Position numbers and translations under genes: made by a program. From Myxococcales bacterium (lineage in GTDB: Bacteria; Myxococcota_A; UBA9042; JABWCM01; BTVJ01): a DNA stretch of 34,558 nt. The notes under the pieces were generated by a model, which was not told the DNA's origin, did not search any database, and worked only from the letters and a program-made list of their open reading frames with translations. The DNA lies in assembly GCA_045863395.1 (NCBI GenBank), contig BTVJ01000078.1:1-34558 (forward strand), written 5' to 3'. Shown here in pieces: positions 9,766-18,310 of this stretch. Numbering within the stretch: position 1 is the first letter of the stretch; each line of letters opens with the position of its first letter.

Positions 9766-12066
9766 CTACTCCCCCAGAGTCTCCACCGTCCCGTCCTCAC
9801 GAATGACGACCCTGCCCGCCGCCACTCCCTTCGCGGTGACCACTGTCCCGCTGGCGGGGAAGTGGGCCTCCAGGTCTGCCGTCGCCTCTCCGCCGAGGCC
9901 CACGTGCAGCCACGGAGAGTCCTGGACGCCCGTCCCGTGGGCGCCGAAGCGCTCCCGCAGCACCTTGCTCTCGCCCACCGTCGCGATCACCCGCGCCCCT
10001 ACTCCGTCCCGGTTGGTCTTGCCCGCGCCGCTCCCCTCGAGGCGCACGAAGATCGCCTCCCCCCCCGCCTTGTTCCGATTCCTGAACGCACCCCGGCTCG
10101 CGACGAGGTCCAGGTCTCCGTCGCCGTCGATGTCTCCCACCACGGAGCCCCACCCGTCGTACACGGCGAGCCCGGACTGCCAGGTGACCTCCGTCCAGAG
10201 CGGGTGTCCGTCGTTGCGGTACATCTGGCTAGTGCGATCCGGGTAGATGCACGTGTAGAAGAGGTCGAGGTCTCCGTCGTTGTCCCAGTCCCACAGGTTG
10301 GGGTTCGAGGGAGTCTCCAGGTAGCGGATCCCGATCAGCTCCGTCACGTCCTGGAACACCGCGCCCGCTCCGCCCGGGTTCTCGTAGAGCGTCGCCTGCT
10401 GGCTGAACGTGATGAAGCGGGGATGCGCCAGGGCCGCGACGAACACGTCGAGATCCAGATCCCCGTCCACATCGCCCCAGGCGGCGCCGATGCTGTGCCC
10501 GAAGTAGATTGCCCCCATGGCGAAGGTGCCGACTCCGGTGAGCTTGTTGGCGTCTCCCGTCATCTCCACCTTGCCGCCGCCTTTGTTCTGGAAGAAGAAG
10601 TCCTTGTGGAGTCGGTAGTTGGTGACCAGGATGTCGACCAGGCCGTCGCCGTCCGCGTCCGCCGGCGCCACCCCACGCCCGGCCAGTCCCCCGATCTGGC
10701 CCTTCCAGGCGCCCGACGGCTGGGTGATGTCCGTGAAGGTGCCGTCGCCGTTGTTTCTCCAGAGCAGGTCCAGGGCTCCTTGCGCGGGCGGGTCCCAGCA
10801 GATGAAGTTGGCCTGGTAGAGATCCAGCCAGCCGTCATTGTCCACGTCGAGCCACGCGGCGGCCTCCGTCGGGACCGGCTGGTCCTTGTCGTCGCCGTTG
10901 CAGTTGAACTTCATGGTGTCGTCGATGCCAGACTCCGTGGTCACATCCGTGAAGCCCCCGCCGTCGTTGCGCAACAGGCGGTCCTGCGGGTTCTGGAAGC
11001 CCGTGGCGAAGTAGTCCGGGTCGCCGTCGTTGTCGTAGTCGCCGAAGACCCCGCCGTTGTGGCCCGTGATTCCTGGGAGCCAGGCCTCCGTCACGTCCGT
11101 GTACTTGCCGCCATCATTGAGGAACAGGCGCGGACCATCGAGCATGGCGTCCAGGTCTCCGTCTCCGTCGACGTCCGCCAGCGCGATGCGGGAGAAGCCC
11201 GGGAGCCCGAGGTCCTCCAACGAGACCGGCTCGAAGTCCTTGTCCTCGGGCTTCATCGGGTCGAGCAGCTCCACCTCGGCCTGCAGCAGGAAGTCGCCGG
11301 GGGACGCGGCGATGGCGGGGAAGCCCCCGGAGTCGGGGGGCTCAGCGGCGAACCACACCAGCGAGTGGGGCTGCTTCCCCTCCGGCGTCTCCGACGCTGC
11401 ATCGACGCTGAGCTGAGCCCCGCCCTCGTCCACGACGACGCCCGCGTAGAACATGCGGCCCGGCACCAGGTCCACCGGCCACGCCAGCGGGAACTCCACC
11501 CACGCCCCCTCGTCCGCCGGCGTCACCTCCCGCGTGACCGCCGCCAGGGGCGCCTCCACGTCGAAGTTGAAGAAGTTGCCGCCGAAGTCATCCCAGAGCA
11601 CCACCGTCGCCTCGCCCGCCGCCGGCACCCGGAGCTGCGCCCGCAGGCCCCAGATGCGCACCGGCTGCTCCATCTCGAAGCGCACGTACTCGTGGACCTG
11701 CTCCGGGGCCTTCTGGTACTGGAGCGCGCCGCTGGCGGTCCCGTCGTCGTAGGCGAGCCACTCGGTCGCGCCCTTGGGCGGCGGCGGTCCCGCGTCCTCG
11801 GCGTCCGCTCCCGCGGCGTCGCCATCGCCCGCGCCACCATCGCTGTGCCCGGCGTCCCCGGCGGCGTCGTCCATGGAGTCCCCGACGTCGCCGCCCGCGT
11901 CGCCCAGGGCAACCCCGTCCCCGCCGCCATCGAGCGCCGCATCCACGACACCGCCCGAATCCGAGACCTGCGCTACGTCCTCGGGCGTCTCTGGCTGCTC
12001 TCCATCGGATCCCGAGCCACAAGCGCCGAGCACTGCCAGGAACAGCACGGAACGGGACAAACGCAT
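9766..12066 (-). CDS. FG-GAP/VCBS-repeat lipoprotein with a C-terminal ASPIC/UnbV-like domain (CRTAC1-like)
   Basis: Lipobox LGAC, an Asp-Ala-Gly-rich linker, about seven D-x-D-x-D-G-x-x-D repeats and C-terminal NRDGVGARV...QDSPWLHVGLG. GGAGG precedes the ATG at 12066. Confidence 0.85.
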   Translation of the reverse strand: MRLSRSVLFLAVLGACGSGSDGEQPETPEDVAQVSDSGGVVDAALDGGGDGVALGDAGGDVGDSMDDAAGDAGHSDGGAGDGDAAGADAEDAGPPPPKGATEWLAYDDGTASGALQYQKAPEQVHEYVRFEMEQPVRIWGLRAQLRVPAAGEATVVLWDDFGGNFFNFDVEAPLAAVTREVTPADEGAWVEFPLAWPVDLVPGRMFYAGVVVDEGGAQLSVDAASETPEGKQPHSLVWFAAEPPDSGGFPAIAASPGDFLLQAEVELLDPMKPEDKDFEPVSLEDLGLPGFSRIALADVDGDGDLDAMLDGPRLFLNDGGKYTDVTEAWLPGITGHNGGVFGDYDNDGDPDYFATGFQNPQDRLLRNDGGGFTDVTTESGIDDTMKFNCNGDDKDQPVPTEAAAWLDVDNDGWLDLYQANFICWDPPAQGALDLLWRNNGDGTFTDITQPSGAWKGQIGGLAGRGVAPADADGDGLVDILVTNYRLHKDFFFQNKGGGKVEMTGDANKLTGVGTFAMGAIYFGHSIGAAWGDVDGDLDLDVFVAALAHPRFITFSQQATLYENPGGAGAVFQDVTELIGIRYLETPSNPNLWDWDNDGDLDLFYTCIYPDRTSQMYRNDGHPLWTEVTWQSGLAVYDGWGSVVGDIDGDGDLDLVASRGAFRNRNKAGGEAIFVRLEGSGAGKTNRDGVGARVIATVGESKVLRERFGAHGTGVQDSPWLHVGLGGEATADLEAHFPASGTVVTAKGVAAGRVVIREDGTVETLGE

Positions 12067-12141
12067 GAGGGCCTCCATGGGGGTGCAGTCGGCGCGCCGA
12101 CGGAGTAGGATAGGGGCCCCGACGCGGAGGCGGCAAGGCGC

Positions 12142-12624
12142 ATGACGAAGTGGATGCTGGTGCTGGTGGTTCTCTTGGCCGGGTGCAGGTCGTCCGAGCA
12201 GAAGGCGCTCGACGGGTACGTCGCGAAGGTGCGGTCCGCGCAGGTGCACGCGACCCGCTACACCGAGGCCCGCGCAAAGCTCCAGAGCTGGCTCGACAGC
12301 CCCGGGGAGGCGGCGCCCCCCGTGGACGTCGTGCGCGCCGAGCTGCTGCCCGCGCAGAAGGCCTACGTGGAGGCGCTGGAGGCCATCGCGCCCGACGACC
12401 CCGCCATCGACGGAGCACACAAGGCGCTCCAGCGAGCTGAGAGGCGGCGGCTCAACGGCGTCTTCGAGGTGGACGGCTCGCTCCTGCCGGACATCGACGC
12501 GGCCCGCTTCCGGCGCAACGTCGCCATGCTGGTCGTCAGCGAGGCGGAGGCGGACGCCGAACGAAAGACCTGGGAGGCTGCGTTGGGGACGCTGTGCGCG
12601 GACAGGAAGACCGTGTGCCCGTAG
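12142..12624 (+). CDS. Hypothetical helical lipoprotein
   Basis: Signal peptide with lipobox LAGC, GGAGG RBS and GC3-rich codons. Confidence 0.75.
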   Translation: MTKWMLVLVVLLAGCRSSEQKALDGYVAKVRSAQVHATRYTEARAKLQSWLDSPGEAAPPVDVVRAELLPAQKAYVEALEAIAPDDPAIDGAHKALQRAERRRLNGVFEVDGSLLPDIDAARFRRNVAMLVVSEAEADAERKTWEAALGTLCADRKTVCP

Positions 12625-12639
12625 CCCCCGAGAGCCGGG

Positions 12640-13473
12640 CTACTTCAGGTCCTGAGCGCACCGGAACCCGAAGTGGTGGAACGGCCGGTTCGTCGCCACG
12701 TGAGGCCGCCGCCAGATACCCGTCGCATAGGAAGCCGGCCAGAACCACGACCCCCCACGCACCAGCTTCTGCCGGTTGCCGGGGCACTTCTCCGCGCCCC
12801 CACAGGGACCTTTGGGGTTCCGCCCCGCGCACGCCTCCCCGCACGCCGCGTAGCTCGGTGCGTACCAGTCCGCCACCCACTCCCAGCTATTTCCAAGGAT
12901 GTCGTACATACCCCACGGGTCCACGGGCCGCGATCCGACCACAAGAGGGCGCCCCTTCTCGGGGCTCCCGCCCTTCTTCGGCGTCCCGCACCCCCGCCCG
13001 GTCTTGTCCATGATGACCGCTCGCTCGCAGGTGGCCGGCTCGTCTCCCCACCAGTGGAGCTTGTTGTCGGGCCCGCGCGCAGCCCGCTCCCACTCCGCTT
13101 CGGTCGGGAGGCGCTTGCCGTGGGCCTTGCAGAACGTGTCCGCGTCGTACCAGGAGATGCCCGTGATCGGCTGGCGCGGGCGGTTGAAGTCCTGGTACTG
13201 CGGCCCCGCCTTCTCGCACTTCTTCAGGCTCACGCAGTCGCTGTACTCCTTGAAGGTGGCCTCATAGACGTCCATGTAGAAGGTGTCCACCCACACCTTC
13301 ATGGCCGGGCGCGCGTTGTCGGGGCCCGTGTCGCTGCCGCGCTCGTACCACCCGCCCGGGATGCACACCATGCCCTCCGGCGGCGTGCCACAGGGGGCGG
13401 GAGTGTCCTGCGCCAAGGCCGCCGTCCACTGCGCCACTCCGATCACCAGGACTCCGATCCACGCTGCTCTCAT
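12640..13473 (-). CDS. Secreted formylglycine-generating-enzyme (FGE-sulfatase/SUMF1) domain protein
   Basis: MVCIPGG, FYMDVYE, RLPTEAEWERAARG, GMYDILGNSWEWVADWY, RGGSW and GFRCA. Signal peptide and GGAG RBS. Confidence 0.9.
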   Translation of the reverse strand: MRAAWIGVLVIGVAQWTAALAQDTPAPCGTPPEGMVCIPGGWYERGSDTGPDNARPAMKVWVDTFYMDVYEATFKEYSDCVSLKKCEKAGPQYQDFNRPRQPITGISWYDADTFCKAHGKRLPTEAEWERAARGPDNKLHWWGDEPATCERAVIMDKTGRGCGTPKKGGSPEKGRPLVVGSRPVDPWGMYDILGNSWEWVADWYAPSYAACGEACAGRNPKGPCGGAEKCPGNRQKLVRGGSWFWPASYATGIWRRPHVATNRPFHHFGFRCAQDLK

Positions 13474-13595
13474 CTGCTCCTCCGTGTTGCGCGGCGCAGG
13501 CTACTCCACATCGGGGCACCGCTCAACGTTGACTCTGGTGCCCAGGGAGCTAGGCTTGGCCCCGGGCCCCCCGGTGGCCCTCACGCGAGGAGCCG

Positions 13596-14048
13596 ATGCG
13601 CAACAAGGTGATCGTGGTAGCGTTTGCAGCCATCTGCGTGGGTCTGGCCCTGTGGCTGGTCCTCACGGCCCGCAGCAACTGGGACCGTGCCCAGCAGAGC
13701 GGCCTCCCCCCGGACTGCCGGGCCACCTTCGGTTGGCTCGACAAGGACCACCCGACCCCTGCGGCGGACGGGTCGCTGGAGATGCCCTCCCGGCTCGGAG
13801 ACGTGGCCGCCGACGACAAGGCGTGGCTTCTGGAGGGGGCGAGCGGCCGCTGCTTGCTCCTCAAACGCGAGCTCCGGCCCAAGGACAACTTCGCCGGGGA
13901 CCTCTGCTGCGAGCGGGACCTCCCTGCGGCGCACGACACCGCCGGACGCCCCCTGCTGTCCCTCGGGCCGCGCCCTCCCTTCGAGGAGCTGTACCAGGCG
14001 AGCCGCGAGACCAGTCGCTGGGCCAAGGTGGTGTTCGACCTGAACTGA
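13596..14048 (+). CDS. Hypothetical membrane-anchored or secreted protein
   Basis: GAGGAG RBS, N-terminal hydrophobic helix and GC3-rich codons. Ends 26 bp before cas6 copy 2. Confidence 0.65.
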   Translation: MRNKVIVVAFAAICVGLALWLVLTARSNWDRAQQSGLPPDCRATFGWLDKDHPTPAADGSLEMPSRLGDVAADDKAWLLEGASGRCLLLKRELRPKDNFAGDLCCERDLPAAHDTAGRPLLSLGPRPPFEELYQASRETSRWAKVVFDLN

Positions 14049-14074
14049 CGCCCCCGCCACCCGGGAGACACCCG

Positions 14075-15091
14075 ATGACCGAGCCCATGGACGAGTCACT
14101 GCGCGACGACGACGAGGGGCGGACCGCAGGCGCCGTTCTGCCCGTGGTCCGCATGATGACCGTGGAGCTGTCCCTCGTCGCCGACGAGACTGGCGCCCTC
14201 CCCGCCTGGCCGACCACGACCTTCCGCGGCGCCCTGGGCACCGCCCTGCGCCGTCGCGTCTGTGTGACCGGCTACGAGACCTGCGGCGGGTGTCCCCAGA
14301 TTCTGCACTGCTCCTACGGGCTGCTCTGGCACCCGCCCATGCCCGCCGACGTGCGGATTCCCCGCCGCGCCGAGTCTCCGCCCAAGCCTTACGTCATCGA
14401 AGCCGCCGGGGCTGGCCGCCCCCGGTCCGTCGCGAGAGGAGACCGCCTCGCACTGAGGCTCAAGCTCTTCGGGGACGTCAGAAACCACGTCCCGCACTTC
14501 ATCATGGCCGCCCGCGACGCCGCCGCCGGCGGGCTCGGCGCGCGCCTCCTGCGCTTCGCGCTCGTCGCGGCATCCAGCGTCGACAGAGACGGCCACGCAG
14601 TCCGACTGTGGACCGAGCGAGACGGCTTTCACCGCTACAACGAGCTCCAGCAGATCCTGGTGGCACAGTGGCCTCACGTTCCCGGGCGCAACCGGGTCCG
14701 CCTCTCCCTGGAGACTCCCCTCGCCATCAAGCGTGAGGGCGTGATCGCCTCCCGATTCCATCCAGACGTATTCACCGCGCGGCTCGGCGAACGCCTCGAT
14801 CTCCTGTCACTCTACTTCGAGGGTCGTGAGACTGACTGGGACTTCATGGCCCTCCGAGCGCTCTCCCGCGAGGCCCGGGTCATTCACCACGACGTCCGAC
14901 CCGACTCATTCATGCGAGACGCCGCGCGCCAGAGTCGGCGCGTCCCCATGGAGGGGCTGGTCGGGGAGCTGGTCCTGGAGGGCGTCCATCCACGGGTCCT
15001 GTCGCTGTGGAGGTGCGCGGAGCACATCCACGTGGGCAAGAACGCCGCGTTCGGGTTCGGCAAGGTGCGCGTCGAGGTCCTTTACCCGTGA
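14075..15091 (+). CDS. cas6: Cas6 endoribonuclease (copy 2, Cys-cluster type)
   Basis: TTFRGALG, CVTGYETCGGCPQILHCSY, PKPYVI and C-terminal HVGKNAAFGFG. The start is placed at ATG 14075 rather than the ORF-track start at 13283. Confidence 0.92.
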   Translation: MTEPMDESLRDDDEGRTAGAVLPVVRMMTVELSLVADETGALPAWPTTTFRGALGTALRRRVCVTGYETCGGCPQILHCSYGLLWHPPMPADVRIPRRAESPPKPYVIEAAGAGRPRSVARGDRLALRLKLFGDVRNHVPHFIMAARDAAAGGLGARLLRFALVAASSVDRDGHAVRLWTERDGFHRYNELQQILVAQWPHVPGRNRVRLSLETPLAIKREGVIASRFHPDVFTARLGERLDLLSLYFEGRETDWDFMALRALSREARVIHHDVRPDSFMRDAARQSRRVPMEGLVGELVLEGVHPRVLSLWRCAEHIHVGKNAAFGFGKVRVEVLYP

Positions 15092-15169
15092 CGGGCTGGC
15101 GAGATTTGTCGCGCGCGCCGAAACGTGGCACAACTGCGAGGAGCCTTGGGACCTTGGCCAGGAGGGGTC

Positions 15170-16972
15170 ATGGACATCGAGAGCATCCGCGCGCTCGCCC
15201 GCGCGGGGAGTCACGACGAAGCCGCCGGCGCGCTGGCGACGGCGCTGGCGGCCCCTGAGCCCCGCGACCACGTGGAGTGGGGCCGCCTGGCGGCCGAGCT
15301 GGGCGACGTCCATGGCGCAATCCGAGAGCTTCAGCTCGCGGTGCGGGACGCGCCGGCCAACCCGGACATCCTCGGAGAGCTGGCGGAGCTGTATCGCGAT
15401 CTCGGGGACGTGCGCCGGGAGGCCGCCCTGAGAGAGCGCCTCGCTGCGCTGGAAGGACGCGAGTGCGCCGCCGACGAGCGCCTGATCCTGCTCCGGGGTC
15501 TCTCCCCGGACGAGCCGCGCGCCAAGCCCCCCGTAGCCCCTCTCGCCGAGGAATCCGATGCGGACCGGGTGCGCTTCGTGCACCTGTTCGGCGGCCGCGA
15601 GGACGTCTACGCCCGCATGTGGTCGGACCCTCGAAAGGGCGTCGGCTACAGCCCCATCGAGCGCCCGCTGACCCCGGACGTGGTCCGGGCCCACCTGGCG
15701 GGAAGCGCCACGGTCGGCTCGTACGTGGTGCGCCTCGACGGGACGGTCACCTTCTTGGTGGTGGACCTGGACATCACGCGCCGCGCAGTCGAGCGGGCGC
15801 GCGGCGACCGGGACGAGACGCGCCGCCTCCGCAGGCTCGTCCACACCGAGGGGCTGCGCCTTCGGAGCGCACTCGAGGAGCGGGGCCTGCCGGCCTTCCT
15901 CGAGGACTCCGGGTACAAGGGTCGCCACCTGTGGTGTTTTCTGCGGGAGCCTCTGCCCGCCGACCTGGCCCACCGGCTCGGGGTCGCACTGACCCGTGCC
16001 CTGGCGCCCCAATCTCGGGATCTCGCGCTGGAGGCGTTCCCCAAGCAAGGGACGGTCAAGGCTGGCGGCCTTGGAAACCTCGTGAAGCTCCCTTTGGGCA
16101 TCCACCTGCGGTCCGGTCGGCGTGCCATGCTCCTCGACGAGGCTGGGGGTGTGGTCCACGACCCGTGGCCTCTCTTGCGCGAGGCGCCACGGCTGGAACG
16201 GGACACTGTGTTGAAGGCAATGGAGACGCTCCGGGCCGCACCGGTCTCCGTGGCCGCCGTGGGGGCCCGAGATGAGGAGGACACCGAGCCGCTCCCCCCG
16301 GTTCAGCGCCCCCTGACCCCGGCCCCCTTCACGGAGGCCGACTTCACGGCGCGCGCCGAGGTGGCGGTCATGCTCCGCGGGTGCCCGGTGCTGGCGTCGC
16401 TGGTCGACCGGGGGCTGACCCACCGCCGCCTGACCCACGACGAGCGGGTCGTGCTGCGGCACTCTCTGGGGCACACCCCGGCGGGCCTCCTCGCCGTGAA
16501 CTACCTCTTCGAGCGCTGCCCGGAGGTGCCGCCGCAGGACTTCCTGAAGACCCGCCTGTCCGGGAACCCCATCTCCTGCGCCGCGGTGCGCCGGCGCGTG
16601 CCCCACGTCTCCTCCCAGGTCGCGTGCCACTGCGAGTTCGCCAGCGCGGGCGACCAGTATCCGTCACCGCTCCTGCACCTGGAGGAGGCACGGGCGCTGG
16701 GGACGCTTGCTCCCCGAACGGTCGCGCCGGAGACTGCGCCCGAGGCCCCTGACGCGCCGGACGCTCAGGAGCTCGCCCGCGCCTACGCCCTGCTCATGGA
16801 GCGGCAGCGCGCCGTCGAAGCGGAGCTCCAGGCGACCCGCGCGGCGCTGCTGGAGCGTGCGACGGCGAAGCCCGACCGCCGGCTGCCCGTGGCGGGTGGC
16901 GCGTGGACCGTGAAGGACGACGAGGGTATGCCCGTGCTCTGCTGGGAGCCAGACCAGGCGCCGGGGGCCTGA
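15170..16972 (+). CDS. CRISPR-associated primase-polymerase (CAPP): TPR - AEP - PriCT-like Cys domain - coiled coil
   Basis: N-terminal TPR-like helices. FGGREDVYARMW, AEP motif I VVDLD (15764-15772), motif II SGYKGRHLW, LEAFPKQ and GNLVKLPLG. Four Cys in GCPVL, ISCAA and CHC. AGGAGG RBS; immediately upstream of cas1. Confidence 0.88.
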   Translation: MDIESIRALARAGSHDEAAGALATALAAPEPRDHVEWGRLAAELGDVHGAIRELQLAVRDAPANPDILGELAELYRDLGDVRREAALRERLAALEGRECAADERLILLRGLSPDEPRAKPPVAPLAEESDADRVRFVHLFGGREDVYARMWSDPRKGVGYSPIERPLTPDVVRAHLAGSATVGSYVVRLDGTVTFLVVDLDITRRAVERARGDRDETRRLRRLVHTEGLRLRSALEERGLPAFLEDSGYKGRHLWCFLREPLPADLAHRLGVALTRALAPQSRDLALEAFPKQGTVKAGGLGNLVKLPLGIHLRSGRRAMLLDEAGGVVHDPWPLLREAPRLERDTVLKAMETLRAAPVSVAAVGARDEEDTEPLPPVQRPLTPAPFTEADFTARAEVAVMLRGCPVLASLVDRGLTHRRLTHDERVVLRHSLGHTPAGLLAVNYLFERCPEVPPQDFLKTRLSGNPISCAAVRRRVPHVSSQVACHCEFASAGDQYPSPLLHLEEARALGTLAPRTVAPETAPEAPDAPDAQELARAYALLMERQRAVEAELQATRAALLERATAKPDRRLPVAGGAWTVKDDEGMPVLCWEPDQAPGA

Positions 16973-16974
16973 CC

Positions 16975-18024
16975 GTGGCCCTGTTGGCGCTGACGGACCC
17001 AGGGGCTCGGCTGACCGTGCGCGCCGGCGCGCTGCTGGTCGAGAAGGCGGGCGCGGTCCTCCACGAGGTGCGCCCCGACGACGTGGACGAGGTGCACGTC
17101 TACGGCGGCGCCGACCTGACCCCCGCGGCGCGCAACCTCCTGCTGCGCCAGGGCACCGACACCCTGTTCTTCACGGCGGACGGCCGGTGGCTCGGGCGCC
17201 TGCTGTCCACGGATAGCCGGAACCCGGTTCGGAAGCTGGCCCAGCTCCGCGTGCTCACCGACCCGACCCTCGCCCTCGCCTTCGCGCGCAGCGTCGTGGC
17301 CGGCAAGCTCATGAATCAGCGACACGTCCTGCTGCGCGTCGCCCGGGACCGGCCGAGCGACACCCTGGCCGGGGCCGTCGCGTCGCTGCGCCAGCTCGCT
17401 CGCCAGGCGCCGGACGCTCAGTCCATGGAAGCCCTTCGAGGGGTCGAGGGCTACGGCGCCGTGGTCTACTTCAAGGGGTTCGCGGAGGCGATCACCCACC
17501 CGGTCTTGCGGTTTGCCGGGCGCAACCGCCGCCCTCCCCGAGACCCGGTCAACGCCTGTCTCTCCTTCGGATACACCCTGCTGCTCGCGCGGGCGGACTC
17601 TGCCCTGCGGCGGGCCGGGCTCGACCCGTCCATCGGCGCCCTTCATGTGCCAGAGCCCGGGAAGCCGGCGCTGGGGCTCGACCTCATCGAGGAGCTGCGA
17701 CCCCTCGTGGTGGACCGCCTGGTCCTGCGCCTGATCAACCGCTCCCAGCTCGCGCCGGACGACTTCGAGGAGCCGGGCATTGCTAGCGAGACCATCGCGA
17801 CCCCGGAGGACCCGCAGGATCCCCCCGTGCGCGCCGTCTGGCTCGGACCGGTCGGGCGCGCGGTGTTCCTGCGAGAGATCGGTCAGCTCTGGCGCACCCC
17901 CTGGGTCGGGCTCGACGGCAAGCGCTGGGCGGCGTCGGCGATCCTGGACCAGCAGGCCCAGGCCATCGCCCGCTTTGTCGAGTCTCCCGACGTGGGATAC
18001 TCTCCCTACCACCCGCCCGCGTGA
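16975..18024 (+). CDS. cas1: Cas1 integrase
   Basis: LRGVEG, RNRRPPRDPVNACLSFGY, GLDPSIGALH and LGLDLIEELRPLVVD. GTG lies 2 bp after the CAPP stop. Confidence 0.96.
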   Translation: MALLALTDPGARLTVRAGALLVEKAGAVLHEVRPDDVDEVHVYGGADLTPAARNLLLRQGTDTLFFTADGRWLGRLLSTDSRNPVRKLAQLRVLTDPTLALAFARSVVAGKLMNQRHVLLRVARDRPSDTLAGAVASLRQLARQAPDAQSMEALRGVEGYGAVVYFKGFAEAITHPVLRFAGRNRRPPRDPVNACLSFGYTLLLARADSALRRAGLDPSIGALHVPEPGKPALGLDLIEELRPLVVDRLVLRLINRSQLAPDDFEEPGIASETIATPEDPQDPPVRAVWLGPVGRAVFLREIGQLWRTPWVGLDGKRWAASAILDQQAQAIARFVESPDVGYSPYHPPA

Positions 18025-18308
18025 CCGCCATGCACCTCGTGGTCTGCTACGACATCATCGACGACCGCCGCCGGACGCGGCTGTTCAAGAGACTCAAGGG
18101 CTTCCTTGTGCCTGTCCAGAAGAGCGTGTTCGAGGGGGTGCTCCCCGACCGGCGCTATCCGGCACTTGTGCGCACCATCCGGTCCAACGTCGACGAGGCC
18201 ATCGACACGGTGCGCATCTACCACCTCTGCAAGGGCTGCGGCGGCCTCACCGAGCTCATCGGCGTGAGCGTCCCGGTCGCGGACGGACCCCAGGACATCG
18301 TGGTGTAG
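18021..18308 (+). CDS. cas2: Cas2
   Basis: VVCYDIIDDRRR, VQKSVFEG, DTVRIYHLC. Start is GTG 18021 or ATG 18030. Confidence 0.96.
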   Translation: MTAMHLVVCYDIIDDRRRTRLFKRLKGFLVPVQKSVFEGVLPDRRYPALVRTIRSNVDEAIDTVRIYHLCKGCGGLTELIGVSVPVADGPQDIVV

Positions 18309-18310
18309 CC

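Noticed and set aside
9703..12108. 801-aa plus-strand ORF, and similar long antisense ORFs such as 6592-8283, 14906-16630 and 24388-25707
   Set aside because: They are antisense shadows of well-supported genes, as expected in high-GC DNA.
13283..14074. Long N-terminal extension on cas6 copy 2
   Set aside because: It overlaps two better-supported genes; ATG 14075 has its own RBS-like sequence.
17780..18310. N-terminal 177 aa of the 1164-aa ORF, suggesting a larger fusion
   Set aside because: It overlaps cas1 and cas2 in another frame and is Arg/Pro-rich shadow sequence. The RT starts at ATG 18311, so this is not an RT-Cas1 fusion.
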